DNA of 64,000 bases from Promethearchaeota archaeon (lineage in GTDB: Archaea; Asgardarchaeota; Lokiarchaeia; Sigyniarchaeales; SOKP01). Below the pieces are notes generated by a model, which was given only the letters and a program-made list of their open reading frames with translations, ran no database searches and was not told the origin of the DNA. Of the stretch, positions 10,602 through 20,610 are shown piece by piece. Location of the stretch: assembly GCA_016840085.1 (NCBI GenBank), contig JAEOTA010000088.1, positions 84,517 through 148,516 on the forward strand. The letters are read 5' to 3'. Position 1 is the stretch's first letter, and each line of letters begins with the position of its first letter. Made by a program: the position numbers and the translations under genes.

Positions 10602-11282
10602 TCATTCATCTTGGTTGCTCAAAAATTGTCTTACAAATTCAAAATCATTCGTTTTTGAAAAAATGAAATCTTTAGCTACCTGAATCATGGCTTTGTTAGC
10701 TTCATTAACAAACCATTTGCTTGCTTGTATTTTTTGACTTGGATACAATTGCATCCAATCTTCGCTATTGTTCATTATTAAAAATAGATCTGGTGCTAAT
10801 GGCATTGCAACTTTAATGCCTTTTTCATTTGATTTATCGAATTGTGAAATGGGATGGTCGCTCGTGTAAAATATCTTTTCTGTGTTGTTTTTCAAAATAT
10901 AATAATTGAAATTCATTAATTGTTCCATCGTTAATTCCCGTGCTCTGCGGGTGCGTGCATGGGTAAGATAAACGAATTCCATGATTTTTCTTTTCTCTGG
11001 TTCCATTAATGCATACATGGGGATTTCTTCAATAAATCTATAAATGGTGGAATGATAACCATCTATAATGCTCAATGCATCTTCAAAAATGTTATGCCTG
11101 TCGTAAAACCAATTTTCCTTGCAAATATTATTGATATTTGACTCAAATACATCCCCTGTCTTTTTATTATAACACCATACATAATGCTCCCCGTTTCTTT
11201 CTATTGAAAATTGTTTTAAATAAAACCTAGGTATATAATGTTGACCTTTCCTTTTTTGTCGGCTATTTCCTATTGGATGCAT
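10602..11282 (-). CDS. DUF4238 domain protein, internally shortened paralogue
   Basis: GQHYIPRFYLKQF, ARTRRAR, FYTSDHPI, MPLAPDLFL; lacks the central helical segment of its neighbour. Confidence 0.8.
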   Translation of the reverse strand: MHPIGNSRQKRKGQHYIPRFYLKQFSIERNGEHYVWCYNKKTGDVFESNINNICKENWFYDRHNIFEDALSIIDGYHSTIYRFIEEIPMYALMEPEKRKIMEFVYLTHARTRRARELTMEQLMNFNYYILKNNTEKIFYTSDHPISQFDKSNEKGIKVAMPLAPDLFLIMNNSEDWMQLYPSQKIQASKWFVNEANKAMIQVAKDFIFSKTNDFEFVRQFLSNQDE

Positions 11283-11441
11283 GTAATAATACCGTTTTAA
11301 TCCATAATGTTTACTTCATTATTACACACCCATATTCGTTTCAACCTATTATATTTTACTATTAATCCGGGGATGAGTTTTCATTCTCATTAAATGATGG
11401 TTGATTTTAATTCGAATTAGACTTCAATTAGTAATTTTATA

Positions 11442-11777
11442 ATGGCTCTTGAAAACCTAGGGATTGATTTCTCTGAATTAAAGGAAAATGTATGGGAAGA
11501 ATTAAAGAAAGAACGTGAAAATGGATTAATAAATGCAGAAGCTTCAGCAGTTGATAAAACACGTGAAAAAATTCCACAAATTATTAACATTATACAGCAA
11601 GTTGTAATGGTTATTAATGATATACTCACTTTACCAATTAGGGTATTAATCTCGGAAAGTCATTACGGACTGAAAACAGCCATAAATTCTGTTATTTCAG
11701 AAGAAGAGGGATTATACGGTTCTATTCGAGAACGCTTTGACAATTTATTTGATCAAATTGAAGAAATAAGAAAATAA
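11442..11777 (+). pseudogene. Orphan 3' fragment (copy 2) of the V4R gene, probably the displaced original end
   Basis: 111-aa open frame ~79% identical to the C-terminus of 5403-6875; similarity stops abruptly upstream of 11441; followed by a T-rich tract at ~11811-11824. Confidence 0.8.
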
Positions 11778-11857
11778 TAAACATAAAATTGGTTAACATC
11801 ACTAGAACTCTTTTTTTATTTTTAAATTTATAAACTTTTGATATTATTTTAAACCTG

Positions 11858-13285
11858 TTAATAGTTTTTTTCTTTTTCAGCATAGTAAATATCAAAAATC
11901 CAATCTACAATATATTGAAAGAAAAATCGCTCTCGCAATACATCATAATGAGATTTTCCCCTTAAACTTGTTAATTTAGCAATATCTTCTGATTTTATTT
12001 TATCCTTAGCAACTAAATCCATACGCGTTATAAATTGATCTTTAAGCTTGATTTTTCTAAAAATAATAGAAATTGATTTAGAAATCTTTTTTATTATCTC
12101 TTTTAATTCCGATTTGTAATCCTGTTGAAATTCATCAATATCGTTAATGAAATTTATTATTTCTTTTAAAATTGAATCTCTATCGAAATAATTAATTAGT
12201 TCATTTGGATTAAGAATCCCTGATAAATAATCAATAATTTTTTCTCTAATGTCTATTTTAATATTAATATTTATTAACTCTTTTTCTAATTTACCTAAAA
12301 ATTGTCTTTTAAGAAATTGCTTGAATTTTATTATAATCGCTTCATTTTCTTTCTGATCTGAGCAAATTTCAATGATCTCTCCTTTTGGAGTGGAATAAGT
12401 GAATCCTAAACCCTGTGGCCCTAAACCTCCAAGTAGAACCATAGATAAACTGTAAAACTTATAATTATCTCTCGCCAAAATACTACCCAAGTTTTTCAAT
12501 ATGTTTTCTGGTGAAATAAAATGCTTTTTAATTTCACTGTATTCACGATTTTCCTCAACACCATAATAAAATGTTCTATAAATTACATTAAATTCCATAA
12601 ATCTCTTATTTTTATCATTTAAATCTATTTTTTCTTTTATTTCTTCATTTTTGAAAAAATTATAATACTTTTTAAAAATATCAATAAATCTCCTTATGGA
12701 ACTTAAATATCTTACACTTAAACCATATATAGTATACTGGTTGAAAAAATCATTCTTAATATAGTGCATTAGACCATCTCTATCTTGGAAATATGAATTC
12801 GATCTTTTCATGAAATGTTCGTAAATATCTCGTGGAAATACTAAATACACATAAGAAATAAATGAATCTGACACTTTACCATACAAATCATTTAAGTTAG
12901 CTAAAAATAACTTATCTTTTTTGATTTTTATTATTGAATTTTTTTCTTCTTCAGTTAATTCTTTTTCCAATAAACTATATTCATTACAAAATCTTAAAAT
13001 ATCAATTTGATCTCCCAATGCTGAAGTTTGATACTCAGTAGAAATCCTATCGATAAGATTCATAAGTACTTTAGAAATAAATTCAAATCGTTGATTTATT
13101 TTTTTTACATCAATAAAAATATCAAAATCAATCGATGCATTAAATAACTTCTTGAAGTTTTTTAATTGTCCATGCTTAAGGCATTTAGCTAATTCCTCAT
13201 AATAAGCTATTTCAAATAATTGCTTATCTTTGATATTTGAAGTTTTTAATTTGAATTCCTCAAAAAATTGATTTGAATGCATCAT
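11858..13285 (-). CDS. Hypothetical protein
   Basis: 475-aa ORF with a conserved-looking Gly-rich core LLGGLGPQGLGFTYSTPKGE; family not recognised. Confidence 0.7.
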   Translation of the reverse strand: MMHSNQFFEEFKLKTSNIKDKQLFEIAYYEELAKCLKHGQLKNFKKLFNASIDFDIFIDVKKINQRFEFISKVLMNLIDRISTEYQTSALGDQIDILRFCNEYSLLEKELTEEEKNSIIKIKKDKLFLANLNDLYGKVSDSFISYVYLVFPRDIYEHFMKRSNSYFQDRDGLMHYIKNDFFNQYTIYGLSVRYLSSIRRFIDIFKKYYNFFKNEEIKEKIDLNDKNKRFMEFNVIYRTFYYGVEENREYSEIKKHFISPENILKNLGSILARDNYKFYSLSMVLLGGLGPQGLGFTYSTPKGEIIEICSDQKENEAIIIKFKQFLKRQFLGKLEKELININIKIDIREKIIDYLSGILNPNELINYFDRDSILKEIINFINDIDEFQQDYKSELKEIIKKISKSISIIFRKIKLKDQFITRMDLVAKDKIKSEDIAKLTSLRGKSHYDVLRERFFFQYIVDWIFDIYYAEKEKNY

Positions 13286-13355
13286 AAAAATAATAAGATA
13301 AAAGATTTAATAAAAATACATTCATTGCTAATGTTATTGCTATGATTAAAACAAA

Positions 13356-13727
13356 TTAATCTAAAAGTTCAGCAATTTTCTTAGAAACACTTTGAATGTT
13401 TAAGAAAACCATCCCCAGTGAAGCATCGCTTCGAGCTAACGTGCATAAAATTGCATTTTCTCCTGCTTTTGACAAAATAATTATCCCATCAACGCCTTCT
13501 ATAAGAATTCGTTTTAAATCTCCACGAGCAAGCTCCTCTACAGCACGTTCTGATACACTTAGAATCGCTGCACTCATAGCACTGACAATCCCATCGTTTA
13601 CATCTCTAGCCAACGCCGAACAAATCGGAAGGCCTTGCACACTCACTATTGCACTTCCTTGGATATCGGGATTAACTGCTTCCATTTGGCGTAATAAGTC
13701 AGTGAGTTCAGCAATGTTTTCACTCAA
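13356..13727 (-). CDS. Roadblock/LC7 (MglB-like) domain protein
   Basis: IQGSAIVSVQGLPICS, VSAMSAAILSVSERAVEEL, ILIEGVDG, LGMVFL. Confidence 0.9.
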   Translation of the reverse strand: MSENIAELTDLLRQMEAVNPDIQGSAIVSVQGLPICSALARDVNDGIVSAMSAAILSVSERAVEELARGDLKRILIEGVDGIIILSKAGENAILCTLARSDASLGMVFLNIQSVSKKIAELLD

Positions 13728-13884
13728 CGATTAATCAACTTGAATAAATAGTGCTTAATAATCTAATAAGATAATTATATTATAAAATTATTTTTTTTTT
13801 GATCTTATTTTAATGTTAACTTTATTATAAAAGTTAATTCATATTTAAAAAATATTTTTATCAAACACCACATTAGTAATTGTA

Positions 13885-14862
13885 ATGACTGAGAATCAAA
13901 AATTAAAAAGCGATACGCAAGAAGAAAAAAGTAAGGAAGAATTGGAAAAAGAAGAAGAAGAAAAAATTAAAGTAAACTCACTAAGAAAAGCTGGAAAAAT
14001 TGCTCAGCAGGTAAAAGAGTTTATCAAGCCAAAAATAAAAGTAGGAGCAAAAGCAATAGACTTAATTACTATTACTGAGGCAAAAATTGAAGAATTAGGT
14101 GGATTTTCTGCTTTTCCTGTAAATTTAAGTATAAATAATATTGCTGCGCATTACACCTCTCCAATAAAAGATGATGGTTTGACTATTAACGATGATGATA
14201 TTGTTAAAATCGATTTAGGAGTTCATGTTGAAGGTTATATTGTTGATACTGCTTTTACAGTTAAATTCAATGAAGATGAATCACTTGAAAATATAATTCA
14301 AGCTACTGAAGTAGCTCTTGATGCTGCAAAAATGATGGTCAAACCTAAATTAAATACAAAAGAAATAGGAAAAAAAATTGAAAGTATTGTAAGGGGATTT
14401 AAGTATAATCCAATAAAAGAACTTGGTGGTCACCAAATTGAGAGATGGACTGTTCACGGAAAAAAAGCATTACCAGAATTAGGATCTCAAGGTGGTGATA
14501 TTATAGAGGAAGGAGAAATATTTGCTATAGAGATATTTGCAAGTACAGGTGAAGGATCAGTTCATAATACTCCATATTCATATATATACGAATTAAATCC
14601 ATATGCTGGAAGAGTTCCTTTACGTAGGAAGGTATCTAAACAACTTTTAGGTTTTATCAATAAGAATTATAAGACTTTACCTTTTGCCGAAAGATGGTTA
14701 GCGAAAGAATTTAGATTAGGCGTAGCATTTGGACTTCAAGAACTTGTACAACAAGGAAAATTACAAGCCCATTATGTTCTGGCAGAAAAAAAAGGTGAAT
14801 ATGTTGCTCAATCAGAACAAACTATACTAATAACTGAGGACGGATATGAACAATTAACTTAA
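13885..14862 (+). CDS. map: Methionine aminopeptidase type 2
   Basis: AFPVNLSINNIAAHYT, KIDLGVHVEGYIVDTAFT, LGGHQI, AIEIFAS, TLPFAERWL. Confidence 0.95.
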   Translation: MTENQKLKSDTQEEKSKEELEKEEEEKIKVNSLRKAGKIAQQVKEFIKPKIKVGAKAIDLITITEAKIEELGGFSAFPVNLSINNIAAHYTSPIKDDGLTINDDDIVKIDLGVHVEGYIVDTAFTVKFNEDESLENIIQATEVALDAAKMMVKPKLNTKEIGKKIESIVRGFKYNPIKELGGHQIERWTVHGKKALPELGSQGGDIIEEGEIFAIEIFASTGEGSVHNTPYSYIYELNPYAGRVPLRRKVSKQLLGFINKNYKTLPFAERWLAKEFRLGVAFGLQELVQQGKLQAHYVLAEKKGEYVAQSEQTILITEDGYEQLT

Positions 14863-14903
14863 CTTTTTCAAGATTTTTATTAACAAAAATTGATAAGTTT
14901 TTT

Positions 14904-16013
14904 ATGGAAAAATTAAATATATGCCTTGTTTCTTTAACAATCGCTCCAGACAGCCAAGATGGAGCTGGAAAAAGTTTTAGAGGAATTTTTGATTATCTCA
15001 GAAAGCAAGGACATAATGTTAAATTAATCACAGGTAAATGGAATATCGATCTCAATGATCCTGATATCATACAAATTAATTTAATACGGAAACGTTTTCT
15101 TTGGGCGCCTCAATTTTTCTTGAACGCAATCAAATCTATCAATAAATATAAATTTGATATTTTCCATGGAAATGCTCCTAAAGGCACTTTACCCATTTTA
15201 TTTGCCAATAAAAAGAAATTTATCACTACAATTCATGATTTAGGACCATTTGAAACTACATTTACTAAAATTCCTATAGAAAAATATTTAATTAAGTTAG
15301 CTGTACAAAAAGCATCAATGATAACAACTGTTTCTGATTTTATAAAAAATGAAATTAATTATTATATACCCAAAGTAAATTTGAATAAAATTTCCACTAT
15401 ATATAACGGTATTGAAGATAAATTTAAACCATATCCAAAAGAAGCTGAAAAACTGAAAGATAAATTGTCGATTGAAGGGCCAGTACTTCTCTATATTGGA
15501 CGAATAGCATTTTATAAGGGTGTGGATGATATCATTGCTGCTTATAATATTGTAAAAAAATCAATTCCAAATATTAATTTAGTTATTGGTGGGAAACCTG
15601 ATTTCCAAATGGAAAAGATTTATAATGAGTGGGTAACTAAATATAAAGATATTCATTTTGTTGGTTTCGTGCCTGATAATGAAATTCCTTATTATTATTC
15701 TTTAGGAGATATTTTCATTACTTATTCTTTTGCATCCGAAGGTTTTGGCTTAACTCCTATTGAGGCTATAGCATGTGGAACTCCAGTTATTTGTTCTTCA
15801 ATGATAGCCTATAAAGAAATTTTAAAAGATAATGCTATCTATGTTGCTCCTAGGAATCCTAATCAATTGGCTAGAGAAATTATTCGCTTATTACGAAATG
15901 ATTTTGACAGGAATAACCTAATTAATAAAGCTCAAAAATTTATAACAAGATATACATGGAATTCTGTAGGTGAAAAACTTGAAACCATCTATAAAAAATT
16001 CCTTTATGATTAA
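14904..16013 (+). CDS. Glycosyltransferase family 4
   Basis: TIHDL, YIGRIAFYKG, EGFGLTPIEAIACGTPVI. Confidence 0.9.
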   Translation: MEKLNICLVSLTIAPDSQDGAGKSFRGIFDYLRKQGHNVKLITGKWNIDLNDPDIIQINLIRKRFLWAPQFFLNAIKSINKYKFDIFHGNAPKGTLPILFANKKKFITTIHDLGPFETTFTKIPIEKYLIKLAVQKASMITTVSDFIKNEINYYIPKVNLNKISTIYNGIEDKFKPYPKEAEKLKDKLSIEGPVLLYIGRIAFYKGVDDIIAAYNIVKKSIPNINLVIGGKPDFQMEKIYNEWVTKYKDIHFVGFVPDNEIPYYYSLGDIFITYSFASEGFGLTPIEAIACGTPVICSSMIAYKEILKDNAIYVAPRNPNQLAREIIRLLRNDFDRNNLINKAQKFITRYTWNSVGEKLETIYKKFLYD

Positions 16014-16042
16014 AAGCTTATTCGGTTTAAGTTTTAATCTAT

Positions 16043-17155
16043 CTAAACTAATTTATCTTTAACAAAATTAAAACAAATTTCTACAGGATTTTCAAATTGT
16101 TTAATTTTTTCTTTAAACAAATTTATTCTGAATCTGTTTGATGATGGCTCTTTCGAAAGAATTTCTATGGATCTTTTTATCAATTGTTCTTTATCTTTTA
16201 TATGTTCTAATGGAAATCCATTTTTCATTAGAAATAATTCTTGAGGTGCAGAGTCTCCTGGAAAAAATTCTATACTAGGAACATTTAATAGACTTGCTTC
16301 ACGAACAATAGTTCCGCCACCACTCAAAGTTAAGGCTCCATAAAAACATAAATTAACTATATTGGGTAAATATTGAGTAATTATAACATTTTTTTCTTTG
16401 CTATATTCATTGAGCTTTTTTGAGAGAAATTGCTCTTGTCTATCTGTCCTGACAAGGATTAAATATTTATGGTTAGGAAATTCTTTATATATTGGTGAAA
16501 AGAACTCACTTATCATCGTTTCCTCCGGTTTAAATTTATCAATTAGATAACAGGCATGAGTAGGTTCGCTTCTAATTAACACAAACTTTCCTTTTTCTAA
16601 ATCAAATTTATTTAGAATGTTTGGATTGGGAGTATATTCCGAAAGCCAAGCAATTTCATCTAAACCATTATAACGAATTATTTTTTCTGGGGCAGCATGT
16701 AGTTGTACATACAATTTTTTAGGGATACAATCCGGTGTAATAACGTTTCCAATTAATGGATGAATTAATTTACAAACAGGTTCATTTCGAGGTTCATCAT
16801 TAAACCCTATTGAAGGAATATTTAATCCATAAGCAATTCGTGTACCTTCTACTGATAAAAAAGTTATAAAATAATTAGGAGAGAATTTTTTGACTAAAGG
16901 GAAAAGATCCTTCAAACGTTCTATATATGTGCTAAGCTTATTATCTAATCTATCACCACCATGTTTCCCGATCTTTTTATAATTTACCCCAGTACTATCT
17001 AAAATTTGAAATGTAGAATCATAATTTCGAGCAGTAATTAAAAGTTCTGATTTTTCTTTTTCAAACATTCTTATTAACGAACGAAACATAATAGCGCTTT
17101 TAGGTTGCTCAATATCTATCCATATTTTTTTACGTTGAAGACTCATATTAAACAT
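16043..17155 (-). CDS. DUF354 family GT-B fold protein
   Basis: KIWIDI, LITAR, IGKHGG, YNGLDEIAWL, GGGTIVREASLLNVPSI. Confidence 0.8.
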   Translation of the reverse strand: MFNMSLQRKKIWIDIEQPKSAIMFRSLIRMFEKEKSELLITARNYDSTFQILDSTGVNYKKIGKHGGDRLDNKLSTYIERLKDLFPLVKKFSPNYFITFLSVEGTRIAYGLNIPSIGFNDEPRNEPVCKLIHPLIGNVITPDCIPKKLYVQLHAAPEKIIRYNGLDEIAWLSEYTPNPNILNKFDLEKGKFVLIRSEPTHACYLIDKFKPEETMISEFFSPIYKEFPNHKYLILVRTDRQEQFLSKKLNEYSKEKNVIITQYLPNIVNLCFYGALTLSGGGTIVREASLLNVPSIEFFPGDSAPQELFLMKNGFPLEHIKDKEQLIKRSIEILSKEPSSNRFRINLFKEKIKQFENPVEICFNFVKDKLV

Positions 17156-17277
17156 TAAAATAGTAAAGATGTTAAAATGTTTATGATAAAAAGTATTATA
17201 ATTTTTAGAAATTTTAACAGTTTATATGATTTTCTAAAATCTAAACATTTATTTTTATAAAAAAAATGAAATGATTA

Positions 17278-17571
17278 TCATTTTCCACATATACATGGAT
17301 TTGATTTGCATTTAATACACATATTAGGATATTTTTTTAATAAACTTAGTTCAAGATCAATTTCTAATAAGTTTGCTATTGAAGATGTCCATGCAATTAT
17401 ATCAGCTAATTCTTCTGATACTTTATTTTTATCGATTTTATTATATTTAAAAATTCTTGCTAATTCTCCAATCTCTTCTATTAACCATATAAAAGTGCTC
17501 TTCAAGCCTCTTTTTTTATCTTGTTCAAAATAGAGACTTTTTATTAATTCTTGGAATTTTAAAATTTTCAT
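17278..17571 (-). CDS. MazG-like nucleotide pyrophosphohydrolase
   Basis: WLIEEIGELA, EELADIIAW, C-terminal KYP..C..C..NPCIC. Confidence 0.85.
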   Translation of the reverse strand: MKILKFQELIKSLYFEQDKKRGLKSTFIWLIEEIGELARIFKYNKIDKNKVSEELADIIAWTSSIANLLEIDLELSLLKKYPNMCIKCKSNPCICGK

Positions 17572-17618
17572 CTAAAAAAAAAATAAGTAATTTACTTAAT
17601 ATATGGTAAGGGATTAGA

Positions 17619-17840
17619 TTAACCACCACCTGGAGTAAAAAGCCAACTAAAAACACCTAAATGTGCTAATATTACTAATAATATAAGAGTTACTGAGAGT
17701 AGCACTGTACTTATTGGACCAACTTTAATACCAATTGAGCTGTCTTCAAAAAATCTCATTAATCCTGCTCCTCCCATAGGCATTGGAGCACTTCCACTCC
17801 TTCTCTTCTTACGTCTAGATTGAGTACGACGGGATGACAT
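17619..17840 (-). CDS. Protein translocase subunit Sec61beta (SecG-like)
   Basis: Basic N-terminus, AGLMRFFED, IKVGP, single C-terminal TM helix ending in H. Confidence 0.9.
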   Translation of the reverse strand: MSSRRTQSRRKKRRSGSAPMPMGGAGLMRFFEDSSIGIKVGPISTVLLSVTLILLVILAHLGVFSWLFTPGGG

Positions 17841-17977
17841 TTTGAAATATGTGACTTAAGCTTTTTACACTTATATAGTCTATAAATAATAATAAAAATA
17901 TAAAATTTTATCTTTAAAGTTTAAATTTATTATCTAATAAATTTTTATAAATTAATTTTATTTTTTTAAGATAAATT

Positions 17978-19855
17978 ATGACATTGAATGCTAATATGTT
18001 GAAAAGAGAAAGAGTCCTGTTAATTTCTGTGATGATCATTCTCTCTTTTGCTCAAATCTTATTTATTTCAAATGATTCTGATTTGAATTATCTCACTCAT
18101 GATGAAATAAAAGATCCAAGATATTCTGCTAGTGTAGAAGGAATAGAAAATATCATTATTACAAAAATCATTAGAATAGCAAATATTAGTAGGTGTGGTT
18201 TAGTAAATTTTGAAGATTATATAACATTTAAAAATTTAAATAATAATCCAATTACATCAATTTTTATAGGAATTCCATTGAATTATTCAGATGATTTAGT
18301 TTATTATGCAGCTACTGGAATTGATAAGAATACTTTACTAATTGAACGTTCACATTTAATTATGGAAGATTTTGAAATAATAACGATATACCTTGACTCT
18401 CCTCTTTTACCTTATCAAACAAAATCAGTTATTTTCAATCATCACTATAAAAACCTTGTAACTTATCATATAGAATATACTCCGGAAGGAACTCCTAATC
18501 AATACCATACTTTCAATGGTTTTGTTTATCCTACTTTACCATATAAATTAGAAAAAGAAGTAGATGCACGATTTTTTGTACCAAGAAGAATGGGCGATTT
18601 AGAAGGCGGTTGGGGTTGGGAAGATCCAGAGAAACTTAATGTTCGATATCAGTTCTCATCTATTGAGGACGAATTTAAAGATGAGTTCATTGCACCTTTT
18701 TTAGAAAATTTAAATAATAAAAAAATAATTAATATTTCTTTCTTTCATAACGAATTTACTCGGTTAGATGTAGAGGAAATTAATCGAGAAATATACATTT
18801 CACCATGGGGGATCATTGAAGTTAAAGAAGATTATACCATCAAGAATTTTGGAGCTATAGATCTTAATTCTTTTACACTAAATTTGCCACGTTCTGCTAG
18901 AAAAATTTATGTTTCAGATAATTTTGGTGAAATCCCATTCTCTAAAACAGAAGGCAATTTAAAATACAAAGAGATAACAATTAAATTAATAGAAAATCGA
19001 GTGAAATTAACGCCAAATTCTTCTTTTACTTTTAATCTCAGATATTTTTTACCTTTTGAAAACTATTATTCAATGAATTGGATTCAAGAATCAATTGAAA
19101 TTGATCTATTAACTTCAAATTTTGAATATTTAGGGAGACAGCAAATTATTAAAATAATTATTGATGGATGTTATAGAATTGATTCTATATCTGAACCGCC
19201 CGAATCAATTGAAAAAGCTAATGGAGCTACTGTTTTAATTTATAGTTCTAATTATGTGTCTCCTCTAGAAACTAAATTTATTCAATTTACATTTACACTA
19301 GATCTATTTGATTTACTTTTAAGACCTATTATAATTTTACTTTTAATTTCTATAATTCTAACATCATATGTATTAGTAGTAAAATTAAGAAAAAAAGGGA
19401 CAGAATCACCTCTATTAAAAAAAGAATACATTCCTGTAAATGAAATTCGAGAATTCTGTTCTTTACATGAGGAAAAAAATGCCTTAATCTTAGAGATTAG
19501 ACAAGCAGAAGAGGATTCAAAACGTAAAAAAATAGCAAAAAAGAATTACAAGAATATTTTAAATAAAAATACTTCAAAAATAGATGAAATACAAAAAGAA
19601 ATAGTTCCATTTAAAAAAACCCTAATAGAAACAAGTGAAACTTTCGAAAATATCGTAAAAAAACTAGATATCTTAGAAGCGGAGCAAATTAGTATTAAAG
19701 ACAGCTTAAATCTTTTAGAAGCCCGTTATAAAAGGGGTAGATTACCTTCTAGAGCAGCCTATTTGAAATTATCTGATGATTTCAATAAAAGAAGAAGAAA
19801 AATAGACAGAACTATTGATAAATTTATTCAGCAATTAAGGAGTTATCTTTTATAG
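17978..19855 (+). CDS. Ribophorin I (OST1)-like oligosaccharyltransferase subunit
   Basis: N-terminal signal, REIYISPWGIIEVKEDY and LPRSARKIYVSDNFGEI resemble ribophorin I motifs; one TM then coiled-coil cytoplasmic tail. Confidence 0.8.
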   Translation: MTLNANMLKRERVLLISVMIILSFAQILFISNDSDLNYLTHDEIKDPRYSASVEGIENIIITKIIRIANISRCGLVNFEDYITFKNLNNNPITSIFIGIPLNYSDDLVYYAATGIDKNTLLIERSHLIMEDFEIITIYLDSPLLPYQTKSVIFNHHYKNLVTYHIEYTPEGTPNQYHTFNGFVYPTLPYKLEKEVDARFFVPRRMGDLEGGWGWEDPEKLNVRYQFSSIEDEFKDEFIAPFLENLNNKKIINISFFHNEFTRLDVEEINREIYISPWGIIEVKEDYTIKNFGAIDLNSFTLNLPRSARKIYVSDNFGEIPFSKTEGNLKYKEITIKLIENRVKLTPNSSFTFNLRYFLPFENYYSMNWIQESIEIDLLTSNFEYLGRQQIIKIIIDGCYRIDSISEPPESIEKANGATVLIYSSNYVSPLETKFIQFTFTLDLFDLLLRPIIILLLISIILTSYVLVVKLRKKGTESPLLKKEYIPVNEIREFCSLHEEKNALILEIRQAEEDSKRKKIAKKNYKNILNKNTSKIDEIQKEIVPFKKTLIETSETFENIVKKLDILEAEQISIKDSLNLLEARYKRGRLPSRAAYLKLSDDFNKRRRKIDRTIDKFIQQLRSYLL

Positions 19856-19871
19856 AATAATACTTCTTTAA

Positions 19872-20507
19872 GTGTTAAAAATTATGAAACCATGGCTATT
19901 TGATATTCTTGCCTGTCCTATAGATAAATATTTCCCATTAGAATTATATATTTTCTCGTATGAATCTAAAAACGAAGAATTTCAAATCCTTATTGAAGTG
20001 TATGAGAAAAGAGATATTGATCATATTAAAAATGAGAATATTATTGAATTGTCAAAAAAAAATGGTAATCTTTTCTTAAAAGATAATATTATCATTGAAT
20101 TTACTACACTTAAATTTTATATTAATTCGATTCTCACAAGTTTAAATGAAATGGATTCCATTTTTGATAAAAGTGGGAATGATTTGGCCAACAAATGTTT
20201 AAATATTATTAAATCAGTAATTAAACCTAAAATTTTAGAATTTTCTAAACAGCTAAATCTTGATAAACTTGAAAATATTTTTCCTGAATTATACTTTTTG
20301 AATAAAATTAAGTTGGAAATAGAGATAGATTCAGGATTATTATTTTGTAAAAATTGCAATCGATGGTACCCAATTATTGATACTATACCACAAATGCTCC
20401 CTGATGAATACAGAGATGAGGGAAAAGAAACTGAATTCCTTCAAATCAATAAAAATTTATTGGATGAAGAATTTTTAAACCAAGAATTAAAACCTTTTAA
20501 TATATAA
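19872..20507 (+). CDS. Trm112-like methyltransferase activator with a large central insertion (probable start ATG 19884)
   Basis: MKPWLFDILACPIDK...GLLFCKNCNRWYPIIDTIPQMLP. Confidence 0.8.
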   Translation: MLKIMKPWLFDILACPIDKYFPLELYIFSYESKNEEFQILIEVYEKRDIDHIKNENIIELSKKNGNLFLKDNIIIEFTTLKFYINSILTSLNEMDSIFDKSGNDLANKCLNIIKSVIKPKILEFSKQLNLDKLENIFPELYFLNKIKLEIEIDSGLLFCKNCNRWYPIIDTIPQMLPDEYRDEGKETEFLQINKNLLDEEFLNQELKPFNI

Positions 20508-20537
20508 ATTATAATTGAATCATAAACAATAATCTGT

Positions 20538-20610
20538 AGCCGCGTGGTGTAGTGGCCAAGCATTTAGGGCCTTGAACCCTGAGACCACGGTTCGAATCCG
20601 TGCGCGGCTA
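20538..20610 (+). tRNA. tRNA-Gln(TTG), intronless, CCA not encoded
   Basis: Acceptor AGCCGCG/CGCGGCT (A1-U72 as in archaeal tRNA-Gln), D stem GTGT/GCAT, anticodon stem TAGGG/CCCTG with loop CCTTGAA, T arm CACGG-TTCGAAT-CCGTG. Confidence 0.9.

Larger units (their letters stand above)
6539..11455. mobile_element. Putative integrated island (~4.9 kb) inserted in the V4R gene, carrying a replacement 3' gene end; no integrase visible
   Basis: Identical 15-mer aatggctcttgaaaa at 6539-6553 and 11441-11455 opens two diverged copies of the same 336-bp gene end; four minus-strand accessory genes lie between them. Confidence 0.75.

Noticed and set aside
20538-20610. tRNA-Gln as integration site for the nearby tnpB or islands
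   Set aside because: No duplicated tRNA 3' fragment seen in the window.
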